A stretch of 24,000 nt of DNA from Turicibacter sp. (GTDB taxonomy: Bacteria; Bacillota_I; Bacilli_A; MOL361; Turicibacteraceae): assembly GCA_009787345.1 (NCBI GenBank), contig WRGF01000207.1, positions 1-24,000 of the forward strand, in the 5' to 3' direction. Position numbers and translations under genes: made by a program. The notes beneath the pieces were generated by a model. It was not told the DNA's origin. It made no database searches and saw nothing but the letters and a program-made list of their open reading frames with translations. Positions within the stretch are counted from its first letter, which is position 1; each line of letters opens with the position of its first letter. This document shows positions 7,676-15,542 of the stretch, piece after piece.

Positions 7676-8620
7676 ATGAAAAAAGTTTTAAGAAGCAGTT
7701 TGATGGCAGCAATATTAGCGGTACTTGCCGCCTGCGGTAATGCACCAACCACTGAGGTGGTGCAATCCGGGCGCAACACCATTTCCATGGTTGATCCATT
7801 AGGAAATAACATCGAAGTTTTGGAAAATGCCGAAACCATCGTCTCCCTGGCACCCGCCATTACCCAGGTGCTGATTGACCTTGGCGCCGCAGACCGCATA
7901 GTGGTGGTGGATACATGGACGGCGGGGCAGATGGACGGGTTTGATCAGTTGCCGCAGCTTGACATGATGGCACCCGACATGGAAACCCTACTGGCCCTGG
8001 CGCCGGAACTGGTCTTGGCGGGAGAAGTCAGCTTCGGGATGGACGGGGATATTTTCCAGCCGTTGATGGATGCGGGGATAGCCGTTGCCCAAATCCCGAC
8101 CAGCAACAGCATCCAGGCCATCAAGGAGGATGTGCAGTTCATCGCCGATGTGGTGGGGCTTCATGATGAGGGGGCAATGCTTCTCGACGACATGCAGTCC
8201 GCCATTGACGAAATTACTTCATTGACACAGGATGTGGAAGAACCAAAACGCGTTCTGTTTGAAATCAGCCCCCTTCCGGACATTTTCAGTTTCGGGACAG
8301 GGACATTCCTGAATGAAATGCTTGAATTGGCAGGCGCTGTCAACGTTTTTTCCGACCAGCAAGGGTGGTTGCCCGTAACGGAAGAAGCCGCTGTTGCCGC
8401 CAACCCGGATGTGATTTTGACCAACGTGGATTTCCTTGAAGATCCAGTTTCAGAAATCTTGGGACGCAGTGGCTGGACCCATGTCGCCGCCATCGAAAAT
8501 GGTGCGGTCCATTATGTGGACAATGGCTATACCAGCTTGCCGAACCACCGCATCGTTAATGGGCTTCGGGAAATGGCAAAAGCCATCCATCCTGAAACTT
8601 TCCAATCACTGGGAGAATAA
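7676..8620 (+). CDS. btuF: Substrate-binding lipoprotein of a vitamin B12 ABC transporter (BtuF-like)
   Basis: Lipobox LAVLAAC; TroA/BtuF-type fold motifs IVSLAPAITQVLIDLGAADRIV; RBS GGGAGG; B12 riboswitch leader. Confidence 0.88.
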   Translation: MKKVLRSSLMAAILAVLAACGNAPTTEVVQSGRNTISMVDPLGNNIEVLENAETIVSLAPAITQVLIDLGAADRIVVVDTWTAGQMDGFDQLPQLDMMAPDMETLLALAPELVLAGEVSFGMDGDIFQPLMDAGIAVAQIPTSNSIQAIKEDVQFIADVVGLHDEGAMLLDDMQSAIDEITSLTQDVEEPKRVLFEISPLPDIFSFGTGTFLNEMLELAGAVNVFSDQQGWLPVTEEAAVAANPDVILTNVDFLEDPVSEILGRSGWTHVAAIENGAVHYVDNGYTSLPNHRIVNGLREMAKAIHPETFQSLGE

Positions 8621-8626
8621 CTAGCA

Positions 8627-10474
8627 TTGGACAAAAAAATTAAATTCATCCTGTTGGGTGCTGCTGCCTTTGCCGCTATCATTTTAGCCGTGGGCATCGG
8701 CACTGTTTCCATCCCGCCCACCCACATCCTGGCCATCCTTGGAAACCGCTTGTTCGGGTTCAGCTTGCCGGATTCAGTATCCGCCAACTGGGTTCCCATC
8801 GTCTTCAACATCCGCCTGCCCCGGGTGCTCCTCGCTTTCATCGTCGGCGCAGCCATGTCGGTGGCGGGCACCCTCATGCAGTCCCTCCTCCAAAATCCCC
8901 TGGCCTCCCCTTTCACCATCGGGGTCTCGGCCGGTGCGTCACTGGGCGCAGCCGTCTTTATCGTCTTTAGCCTCTCCATCCCTTTCCTTGGGATTTTCGG
9001 CCTGCCCCTCATGGGATTTTTAAGCGGCCTCGCCACCGTCCTTCTCATCCTGGGGCTCACCCTCCGCCTGGACCGACACATGGGCAACCACACCCTCCTT
9101 TTGGTAGGCATGGTCGTTTCCCTCTTCATCAACGCACTCATCACCCTGCTCATTGCCACCTCCCGCCAATTCATGGAACAGCTGATTTTATGGCAGTTGG
9201 GGAGTTTTGCAGGAAGGGGATGGAACGCTGTCGGAATCATGCTGGGGATTTCCTTGATTGGAACTGGGCTTAGCCTGTGCCTTTTTAAAGAACTTGATAT
9301 GCTGGCCTTCGGCGAAGAACAGGCCGCCTTTATGGGGGTGAACATCAAGCGGGTCAAGCCGCTGCTCTTGACCCTGAGCGCCTTCTTAGCAGGCGGAGCC
9401 GTTTCCTTCGTGGGCATCATCGGCTTCGTGGATTTGATTTCCCCCCACCTTGCCAGGCGGATTTTCGGGGCTTCCCACCGGGTGGCCATACCTGGAGCCG
9501 CCTCACTAGGAGGAACCCTGATGGTCATCGCCGACTTGGTGGGGCGCACTTTGATTTCACCCCAAGAAATCCCAGTAGGTGCCATCACCGCCCTCATCGG
9601 CGCACCTTTTTTCATCTACATCTACGGGAAAAAGGGTCCAGCGGGGCAAAACCGTTCCCCGTTGGACCCATTGCCTGCTTTAAAGACCAGTCACGGTGAA
9701 ACTGCCAACCAAATTGACATCCAAAACCTCTCGGCGGGATATGGCGAGACACCTGTTATTCAAAATTTAAACCTGAAAATCAATAAAAACCTCGCCATTT
9801 TAGGCCCTAACGGCTGCGGGAAAACCACGTTGCTCAAAGCCATCGCGGGTATGCTGCCTTTTAACGGCAACATTTCCTTGGATGGTACTGATTTATCTAT
9901 GTTCAGGCGGCGGGAACTTGCGGGGCAGATTGCCATGCTTCCCCAAATCCGCCACATCCAGTTTCCTTATACGGTGTGGGAGGCGGTAAGGATGGGCCGT
10001 TACCGCTGTCAAAAAAGCAGCCTATTTTCCAGCAGCCCCACGAAAGAGGATTGTCAGGTGATTGAGGGGCTCCTGGAAGCCTTGGGGCTGTCACCTTATC
10101 AGGAATCCCAACTGGACCAATTATCCGGCGGGCAGCTGCAACGGGTATTTTTAGCCCAGGCATTGGCACAGGACCCGAAAATCATCCTGTTGGATGAGCC
10201 CACCAACCATTTGGACATGAAATACCAGTTAGAACTGATTGATTACCTGAAAAACTGGGCGGCAACCCATAACCGCTTGGTCATCGGGGTGTTCCACGAC
10301 ATCAACCTGGCCCTAAGGCTGACTTCCCAAACCTTATTTTTAAAGGACGGCAAGATTGCCGGGCTAGGCGATGCAAAAAGTGTCATCACCAAAGATTTCC
10401 TCAAAGAAGTTTATGGCATCGACATGGCTTCCTATATGAAGGATTCGCTTGCCATATGGGAACATTTCGGCTAA
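8627..10474 (+). CDS. Fused FecCD/BtuC-type permease + BtuD-type ABC ATPase
   Basis: 615 aa. N-terminal part: RLPRVLLAFIVGAAMSVAGTLMQSLLQNPLASPFTIGVSAGASLGA (FecCD). From about residue 363: Walker A GPNGCGKTT, signature LSGGQ, Walker B IILLDEP. TTG start. Confidence 0.93.
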   Translation: MDKKIKFILLGAAAFAAIILAVGIGTVSIPPTHILAILGNRLFGFSLPDSVSANWVPIVFNIRLPRVLLAFIVGAAMSVAGTLMQSLLQNPLASPFTIGVSAGASLGAAVFIVFSLSIPFLGIFGLPLMGFLSGLATVLLILGLTLRLDRHMGNHTLLLVGMVVSLFINALITLLIATSRQFMEQLILWQLGSFAGRGWNAVGIMLGISLIGTGLSLCLFKELDMLAFGEEQAAFMGVNIKRVKPLLLTLSAFLAGGAVSFVGIIGFVDLISPHLARRIFGASHRVAIPGAASLGGTLMVIADLVGRTLISPQEIPVGAITALIGAPFFIYIYGKKGPAGQNRSPLDPLPALKTSHGETANQIDIQNLSAGYGETPVIQNLNLKINKNLAILGPNGCGKTTLLKAIAGMLPFNGNISLDGTDLSMFRRRELAGQIAMLPQIRHIQFPYTVWEAVRMGRYRCQKSSLFSSSPTKEDCQVIEGLLEALGLSPYQESQLDQLSGGQLQRVFLAQALAQDPKIILLDEPTNHLDMKYQLELIDYLKNWAATHNRLVIGVFHDINLALRLTSQTLFLKDGKIAGLGDAKSVITKDFLKEVYGIDMASYMKDSLAIWEHFG

Positions 10475-10489
10475 GGAGCGTGTTAGCAT

Positions 10490-10660
10490 ATGTCCAAAAA
10501 ATACCGAAGCCCACACGAGGCTTACCCATTTTTAAGCGAGCCGTCCCATGACCTTCGCTGTGATTTTGAATTGGAAACGAACAGGGTGGAAGAAATCCCA
10601 TTTAAGAGCCGGAATTATAAATTCCCTACCAAAGCTATTGCCGAAACAAAAGCCATTTAA
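10490..10660 (+). CDS. Small ORF (56 aa), unknown function, not in the supplied ORF track
   Basis: ATG at 10490 preceded by AAGGAG (10473-10478); translation MSKKYRSPHEAYPFLSEPSHDLRCDFELETNRVEEIPFKSRNYKFPTKAIAETKAI*; followed directly by a terminator. Confidence 0.6.
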   Translation: MSKKYRSPHEAYPFLSEPSHDLRCDFELETNRVEEIPFKSRNYKFPTKAIAETKAI

Positions 10661-10664
10661 TCCG

Positions 10665-10699
10665 CAAAAAAACCGCCAGGAAAAATCTTGGCGGTTTTA
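10665..10699. terminator. Terminator between convergent transcripts
   Basis: AAAAAACCGCCA ggaaaaatct TGGCGGTTTT; A-run on one side, T-run on the other. Confidence 0.85.
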
Positions 10700-10700
10700 A

Positions 10701-10892
10701 CTATCTGATGGAAAGGTCCTCCCACTCTTTGTCCGTAATCCGGCGGCCAATCTGTGCTTCGATGATAGGTACATAGCGAAGGCCGGTTAAACTGTTGCGG
10801 TCAACTCCGGGAACAACCCCATGTCCCTGTTCCTGTATAATTTTTTCTCCTGCCCGGATAACCAAATCTTTCTTCTCCTCTTCTGTCAACAT
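10701..10892 (-). CDS. Hypothetical 63-aa protein, coupled to the upstream GNAT-like gene
   Basis: RBS GGAGGTG (minus strand, 10907-10901) immediately abuts the upstream stop codon at 10898-10900. Confidence 0.7.
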   Translation of the reverse strand: MLTEEEKKDLVIRAGEKIIQEQGHGVVPGVDRNSLTGLRYVPIIEAQIGRRITDKEWEDLSIR

Positions 10893-10897
10893 AGGAT

Positions 10898-11314
10898 TTA
10901 CACCTCCAGATAAGTTTTAATCAAATGTGCGGCTGCCTGCGAATCAAAATGCAAACGGCGGCCCGGCAATGGCTTAGCGCCATATTTTTCGATATAATAC
11001 TTATAGGTCACGGTCTTGCTTTCAAAAACGACAAACCCATCAAATCCATTTTGAAACGAATCCATTGCAATAAAAGCCAACAGTTCCCCAGCAACGGTTG
11101 TGCCACGAAATTTTTTGGAAACTTCAATCAAGTACATGAAATTGTATAATTCACTGCTCATACGCTCAAATTCAATCAGCCCCGCAATTTCGCCTTGCAC
11201 TTGGGCAGAAAAAATTTTTGTTTGGGGATAGGTGTGGACACTCCAATCAAATTCAAAGCCTTCCAACGCTTGAAGGGAAGCAGTGTCCTCAACTTCTAAT
11301 ATTTTTGCCAACAT
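10898..11314 (-). CDS. GNAT-like N-acetyltransferase-fold protein
   Basis: About 138 aa; pattern FSAQVQGEIAGLIEFERM...LYLIEVSKKFRGTTVAGELLAFIAMDSFQNGFDGFVVFESKT..YKYYIEKYGAKPL resembles GNAT motifs. RBS GGAGG; start at MLAKILEVED (track extends to 11332). Confidence 0.6.
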   Translation of the reverse strand: MLAKILEVEDTASLQALEGFEFDWSVHTYPQTKIFSAQVQGEIAGLIEFERMSSELYNFMYLIEVSKKFRGTTVAGELLAFIAMDSFQNGFDGFVVFESKTVTYKYYIEKYGAKPLPGRRLHFDSQAAAHLIKTYLEV

Positions 11315-11400
11315 CCCATGTCCCTCCTTCACTAAAATACATAACTTTATTATACCACAAATAGCTCGACTCGAACGGTTTCCAGCTGTTTTTTTACAAC

Positions 11401-11449
11401 CCCATGCAAAAAGAGATTACCCGGAAGGGATAATCTCTTTTTGCATGGG
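11401..11449 (-). terminator. Strong hairpin terminator behind the OppA-like remnant
   Basis: CCCATGCAAAAAGAGATTA CCCGGAAGGGA TAATCTCTTTTTGCATGGG, 19 bp perfect stem. Confidence 0.75.
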
Positions 11450-11454
11450 GCGAG

Positions 11455-11643
11455 TTAATCAATCGACACGGTATCCAACCGTTGCTGCCCGTTTTGGCGT
11501 TGGGTGTAACCATGGACATTGGAGCGGGTCGCTACCAGCCTTTCGCCGGCGTGCATGAAAATCCAAGGTGCCTGCTCGTTGATCATCAGGACAAGCTCCC
11601 GGTACATTTCGGCACGAACGTCGTCATCGAATTTTTGTGGCAT
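11455..11643 (-). pseudogene. C-terminal remnant of a family 5 (OppA/DppA-type) peptide-binding protein
   Basis: FDDDVRAEMYRELVLMINEQAPWIFMHAGERLVATRSNVHGYTQR resembles the C-terminal end of SBP_bac_5 proteins; no signal peptide or N-terminal portion. The frame stays open upstream to a stop at 11725-11727 but without recognisable homology. Confidence 0.65.
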
Positions 11644-11703
11644 AGTGTAAAAAAGTCTCCCCTGGGATTTTTCAGAAATCGCCGATAAAATTGTCGAATA
11701 CTG

Positions 11704-11712
11704 TGATATAAT
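11704..11712 (+). promoter_or_regulatory. Extended -10 promoter (TGATATAAT) for the MATE gene
   Basis: TGTGATATAATGAG upstream of the RBS/ATG at 11753. Confidence 0.5.
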
Positions 11713-11752
11713 GAGAGGGATTGTTTACTTTTGGATACGGAGGATTGCAACG

Positions 11753-13084
11753 ATGAAACAAAAACCTTTGCTTATGGCCACCTTGGCCCTGGCCATCCCA
11801 AGCATTGTCCAACAGCTTTTTACCAATGCCGCCCAGATGGCGGATAATTTAATGGTGGGGCAACTCCAAGAAAGCGCCATTGCCGGGGTGACCATTACCA
11901 ACCAGGTGTTTTTTATATTCACCTTGGTGATTTTTGGCATCACAAGCGCTGCCGGGATTTATATGACTCAATATTTCGGTACCGGCAACAAGGGAAAAAT
12001 GCTGGAAATCTTTCGCATCTCCCTTCTATTCGGCCTTTTGACCGGGGGGTTCTTTTACGCCATCATGCACTTTTTTCCCAGATACGTCCTTTCATTTTTC
12101 GCCAGTTCACAAGACACCATTGCGCATGCCAAGGAATATCTTCGCTACATCCAATTCACCTTCCTGCTGTTTCCGGTTACCATGATGGTCACCTCAGGCT
12201 TTCGCTTCAACGGCTACGTCCGCCTACCCATGTACCTCTCCCTTTTCACCGTCGCCGTGGGGATTTTCCTCAATTACGGCCTGATTCATGGGAACTTTGG
12301 AATGCCTGCCCTTGGGGTGGCTGGAGCCGGCCTTGCTACACTCATTGCCCGGGTGCTGGAAATGTCCCTTGCCATTTTGCTCACTTTGGTCTTGGATACC
12401 CCCATCAAATTGAGCGCCCTTAAAGTCTTCGGTTTCACTAAGGAACTGCTTATGGACTTCATTAAAAAAGGGTATGGCCTGGTGATGAATGAATTTTTTT
12501 GGGCGTTCGGGGTCCAGGCCCTGACCGTCATTTACACCCAGCGCATCAGCGCCAACATTGCTTCCTTGAGCATTTCGCAGGCCCTTGGCAACCTGATTTT
12601 CATCGGTACTGGAGGCATGAGCGTGGCCTTTTCCATTATTTTGGGGGAGCACCTGGGACGGGGCGAATTCGGGGAAGCCAAGGACAAAGCACGTTCCCTC
12701 CTGAGGATTTCTGCCGGCACCGGCCTGATTTTGGGCGCCCTTGTCTTTTTGCTCTCTTTCCCACTTTTTGGATTTTACGACGTAGCCCCTGCCACCATCC
12801 AGACTGCCCGCACCCTTTTATTGATCAACGCGGTTTTTAGCTGGCTTTACTACATCAACGCCGGGCTTTACTTTATTTTAAGGAGCGGCGGCGACACGAA
12901 AGGGGTTGTCATGATCGACTCGGGCTTCAACTGGATCATTATGATTCCCGTCGCTTTTTTACTTGGGCGCTTTGAAATCCTTTTGCCCCTGCATTTTTTA
13001 TTGGTCCAGCTCCTTGAACTGCTGAAACTGGCAGTGGGCAGGAAATTGACAAATAGGGATGCCTGGCTTAAAAATTTGACATAA
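11753..13084 (+). CDS. MATE-family efflux transporter
   Basis: MatE architecture: ALAIPSIVQQLFTNAAQMADNLMVGQL, ITSAAGIYMTQYFGTGNKGKM, second repeat FWAFGVQALTVIYTQRIS. Track start 11711 replaced by ATG 11753 (MKQKPL) after GGAGG. Confidence 0.9.
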   Translation: MKQKPLLMATLALAIPSIVQQLFTNAAQMADNLMVGQLQESAIAGVTITNQVFFIFTLVIFGITSAAGIYMTQYFGTGNKGKMLEIFRISLLFGLLTGGFFYAIMHFFPRYVLSFFASSQDTIAHAKEYLRYIQFTFLLFPVTMMVTSGFRFNGYVRLPMYLSLFTVAVGIFLNYGLIHGNFGMPALGVAGAGLATLIARVLEMSLAILLTLVLDTPIKLSALKVFGFTKELLMDFIKKGYGLVMNEFFWAFGVQALTVIYTQRISANIASLSISQALGNLIFIGTGGMSVAFSIILGEHLGRGEFGEAKDKARSLLRISAGTGLILGALVFLLSFPLFGFYDVAPATIQTARTLLLINAVFSWLYYINAGLYFILRSGGDTKGVVMIDSGFNWIIMIPVAFLLGRFEILLPLHFLLVQLLELLKLAVGRKLTNRDAWLKNLT

Positions 13085-13090
13085 CGTGTT

Positions 13091-13119
13091 CTGCCGCCTT
13101 TAAATTGGGCGGCTTTTTT
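13091..13119 (+). terminator. Rho-independent terminator after the MATE gene
   Basis: GCCGCC tttaaattg GGCGGC TTTTTT. Confidence 0.85.
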
Positions 13120-13124
13120 AATGG

Positions 13125-13173
13125 CTGCTGACAATGTGGCGTTCCTATCAACGAAGTGCCACTAGCAGTTTTT
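13125..13173 (+). terminator. Second terminator-like hairpin / leader hairpin before spoIIP
   Basis: CTGCT..GTGGCgtt..cgaagtGCCACtAGCAG TTTTT; 6-nt bulge on one side. Confidence 0.5.
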
Positions 13174-13229
13174 GCCGAAAAGGTCTATTCCCCCACATGC
13201 TCGAATAGGGTTAAATGGAGGTGAGCGTT

Positions 13230-14162
13230 ATGCAACAGACACAGGCGAACAAATTCACGATACTCATTATGGCAGCCGTCCTATTCCTCGCGCTTCATGC
13301 CACGCAGTTTTTCCCAATTTTTTACGCGACCCAAAAAAGCGCCTACGACCGCTATGTGGAAAATAAGGGCGGGATTTCCCTCTTGGCGGATTTCGCATTT
13401 ACGCATAAATTCGATGGCCTCGAAACTTATATGCTCCAGGTCATCACAGGGGTTTACGTGATGGGCCCGCCTGTTGGCACGGCTCCTCATGAATACAGCT
13501 ATTCCCCTACTGAAAAGGAGGTCAACACCATGCTTGGCAACGATCCAATCGTGTACATTTACAACACCCATTCTACCGAGAGCATCGCAGGTACCGTAGC
13601 AGCTGATGGAACCGTCACCGAAGGGGATGTCTTGGTGACCGATTTATCCCAGCTAATGGCCCAAGCCCTACAAAAAAGAGGGGTCCCATCCCTTGTGGAA
13701 GAGCGGGACACCCAAGACATCGTTGAAGGCCGCGGCTGGGAATATTACCAGTCTTATGATGTTTCCCGCGAGCTTTTAAAAAGCGCCTGGGAGCACTACC
13801 CAACATTTAAGTATTTTATCGACCTGCACCGGGATGCCACCATTGGAGATGAGGCAACCATTGTTTTAAACGGGAAACCCTATGCCATCATCCAAATCGT
13901 CGTAGGCACCCACCACACCGCTTTTGCCGAAAACGTAGCGGTCGCCAATGACATCGCCCAGCACCTAGAGAAGAACCATCCTGGATTGACCACTAAAAAC
14001 ATCGTCAGGCTCTCCGGCGGCGCCGGCAACAATGGCGTTTATAACCAGGATATTTCCCCAAATACGATTTTATTTGAAATCGGGGGACAGGATACCAGCC
14101 TTGAGGCAGCCACCAATTCCATCAACGCCATTGCGGATGTGTTGGCTGCAAGAATAAACTAG
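13230..14162 (+). CDS. spoIIP: SpoIIP-family N-acetylmuramoyl-L-alanine amidase/endopeptidase
   Basis: N-terminal TM, then VYIYNTHSTESI, YFIDLHRDA, LFEIGGQDTSLEAATNS. RBS GGAGGTGA at 13218-13225; ATG at 13230. Confidence 0.82.
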   Translation: MQQTQANKFTILIMAAVLFLALHATQFFPIFYATQKSAYDRYVENKGGISLLADFAFTHKFDGLETYMLQVITGVYVMGPPVGTAPHEYSYSPTEKEVNTMLGNDPIVYIYNTHSTESIAGTVAADGTVTEGDVLVTDLSQLMAQALQKRGVPSLVEERDTQDIVEGRGWEYYQSYDVSRELLKSAWEHYPTFKYFIDLHRDATIGDEATIVLNGKPYAIIQIVVGTHHTAFAENVAVANDIAQHLEKNHPGLTTKNIVRLSGGAGNNGVYNQDISPNTILFEIGGQDTSLEAATNSINAIADVLAARIN

Positions 14163-14205
14163 GAACGGGCAGCATCCTAGCTTATCACGTCCCTATCAGA
14201 AACCT

Positions 14206-14243
14206 AAAAAGGGGAAGCCACCGATTTCTGGCTTCCCTTTTTG
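14206..14243. terminator. Terminator between convergent spoIIP-like and rnfD-like genes
   Basis: AAAAAGGGGAAGCCA ccgatttc TGGCTTCCCTTTTT. Confidence 0.85.
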
Positions 14244-14248
14244 ATTAT

Positions 14249-15343
14249 TTAAAATGACAACAAGAAGACGATCAACGTGGAGGCGGCAATCAAGCCACCA
14301 TAGGTTGCCCATTGTTTTTTTTGCGGTTCTTTGTTCAGGGCCGACGTTTTTTCGTTGATGTAGGTGGTGAACATGTTCATGATGACTAGGCCGACCATGA
14401 CCCCTTCATGGAACAGTTCGGAATTGATGCGGATGGCCAACGTCAGCATCCCTAAAAGGATGGCGAAAACAATCTGCCCGGCTTTGTTTTTCGGGATGGT
14501 AACCGGGTCTGTCGCCATAAAGATGGCACCAAAGACCAAGCCGCCGCTTAGGACATGATACAGGGCGTAAGACCAGATGTATCCATGGAACAAGCCGATG
14601 ATGGCTGCCCCTACAAAGACCGTCCCCACATAAAATGCCGGCACTTCCCATTTCAGGGCTTTTTTATGGATCATGTACCCAAGGGCAATGAAAGAGGCAA
14701 TCCGGGTGGTCTCCGCCATGATGCCTGGGAAATTTCCAATCAAAAGATTCCATAACCCGCCAACCTGCTGTTGGATAAGGGCATAATTTTCTGCGGTGAA
14801 GCTCCAGCCTTCAAGGGCTTTCACACTTAAAGGCGTAGCAGCCGCAATGGCGTCCGTTGCCCCTGGAAGGGCTGGCATCAACAAGTACTGGTCAAATAAC
14901 ACACGGACTAAAAGGATGCTCACGGCAACCGGGTTCAGCTTGTTTTTACCAAAGCCGCCCCACATCAGCTTCCCAACTAGCTCGGCAATGACCGATGCGA
15001 TGATGATAATCAGGATGGGCGTGGCTATCTGCAACCGGATCCCAATGATAAGGGCCGTGATTTCCGGGACGCCCCGCTGGACTTTCTTCCAATTGGCAGA
15101 CACCCTAGCAGTGAACGTTTCAAAAACCTTGCCCTCTTTAGCATCCTCCACCATGTAAAAAATAATGTGGGTCAAATACGCTGTGGCGACGGCTACCAAA
15201 ATGTTGGCCAGCCCCCGCACGGCACCCATTAGGCCGAAGTTTGCGAATGTCGCCACGAGCCCCCAAGCAGCTACAAAAATCAATGCATTGCGGACCACCT
15301 GAAACATTGTCGACCGCTTCTTCTTCAACTTAAACCATTTCAT
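14249..15343 (-). CDS. RnfD/NqrB-family membrane protein (standalone)
   Basis: 364 aa, many TMs; GFGKNKLNPVAVSILL, DAIAAATPLSV (region of the FMN-threonine motif), GAIFMATDPVTIPKNKAGQ (NqrB/RnfD signature). Confidence 0.85.
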   Translation of the reverse strand: MKWFKLKKKRSTMFQVVRNALIFVAAWGLVATFANFGLMGAVRGLANILVAVATAYLTHIIFYMVEDAKEGKVFETFTARVSANWKKVQRGVPEITALIIGIRLQIATPILIIIIASVIAELVGKLMWGGFGKNKLNPVAVSILLVRVLFDQYLLMPALPGATDAIAAATPLSVKALEGWSFTAENYALIQQQVGGLWNLLIGNFPGIMAETTRIASFIALGYMIHKKALKWEVPAFYVGTVFVGAAIIGLFHGYIWSYALYHVLSGGLVFGAIFMATDPVTIPKNKAGQIVFAILLGMLTLAIRINSELFHEGVMVGLVIMNMFTTYINEKTSALNKEPQKKQWATYGGLIAASTLIVFLLSF

Positions 15344-15542
15344 TTTTCATACCCCTTTGCCTGCATTTTATTCATGATAATTCTCAACCCTTTAATCATA
15401 GCATAAAAATTCACAAAAGGGAAAAGATATGCACCTTTCTTACGAATTATATGCTATTTTTTTTAACCCCTTACATGGAAATGTGGATTTTTGGGGTATT
15501 CCAGCTGGCCAGGGCATAAAATGACAGTGAGGTGATCGATGG

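Noticed and set aside
7465-7899. 144-aa minus-strand ORF
   Set aside because: Overlaps the cobalamin riboswitch and the btuF N-terminus in antisense.
8527-9615. 362-aa minus-strand ORF
   Set aside because: Fully antisense to the clear FecCD permease region; low-complexity Met/Pro/Arg/Lys-rich shadow translation without motifs or an RBS.
12286-12652. Minus-strand ORFs 12224..12652 and 12286..12531
   Set aside because: Antisense to the MATE gene with no RBS or family motifs.
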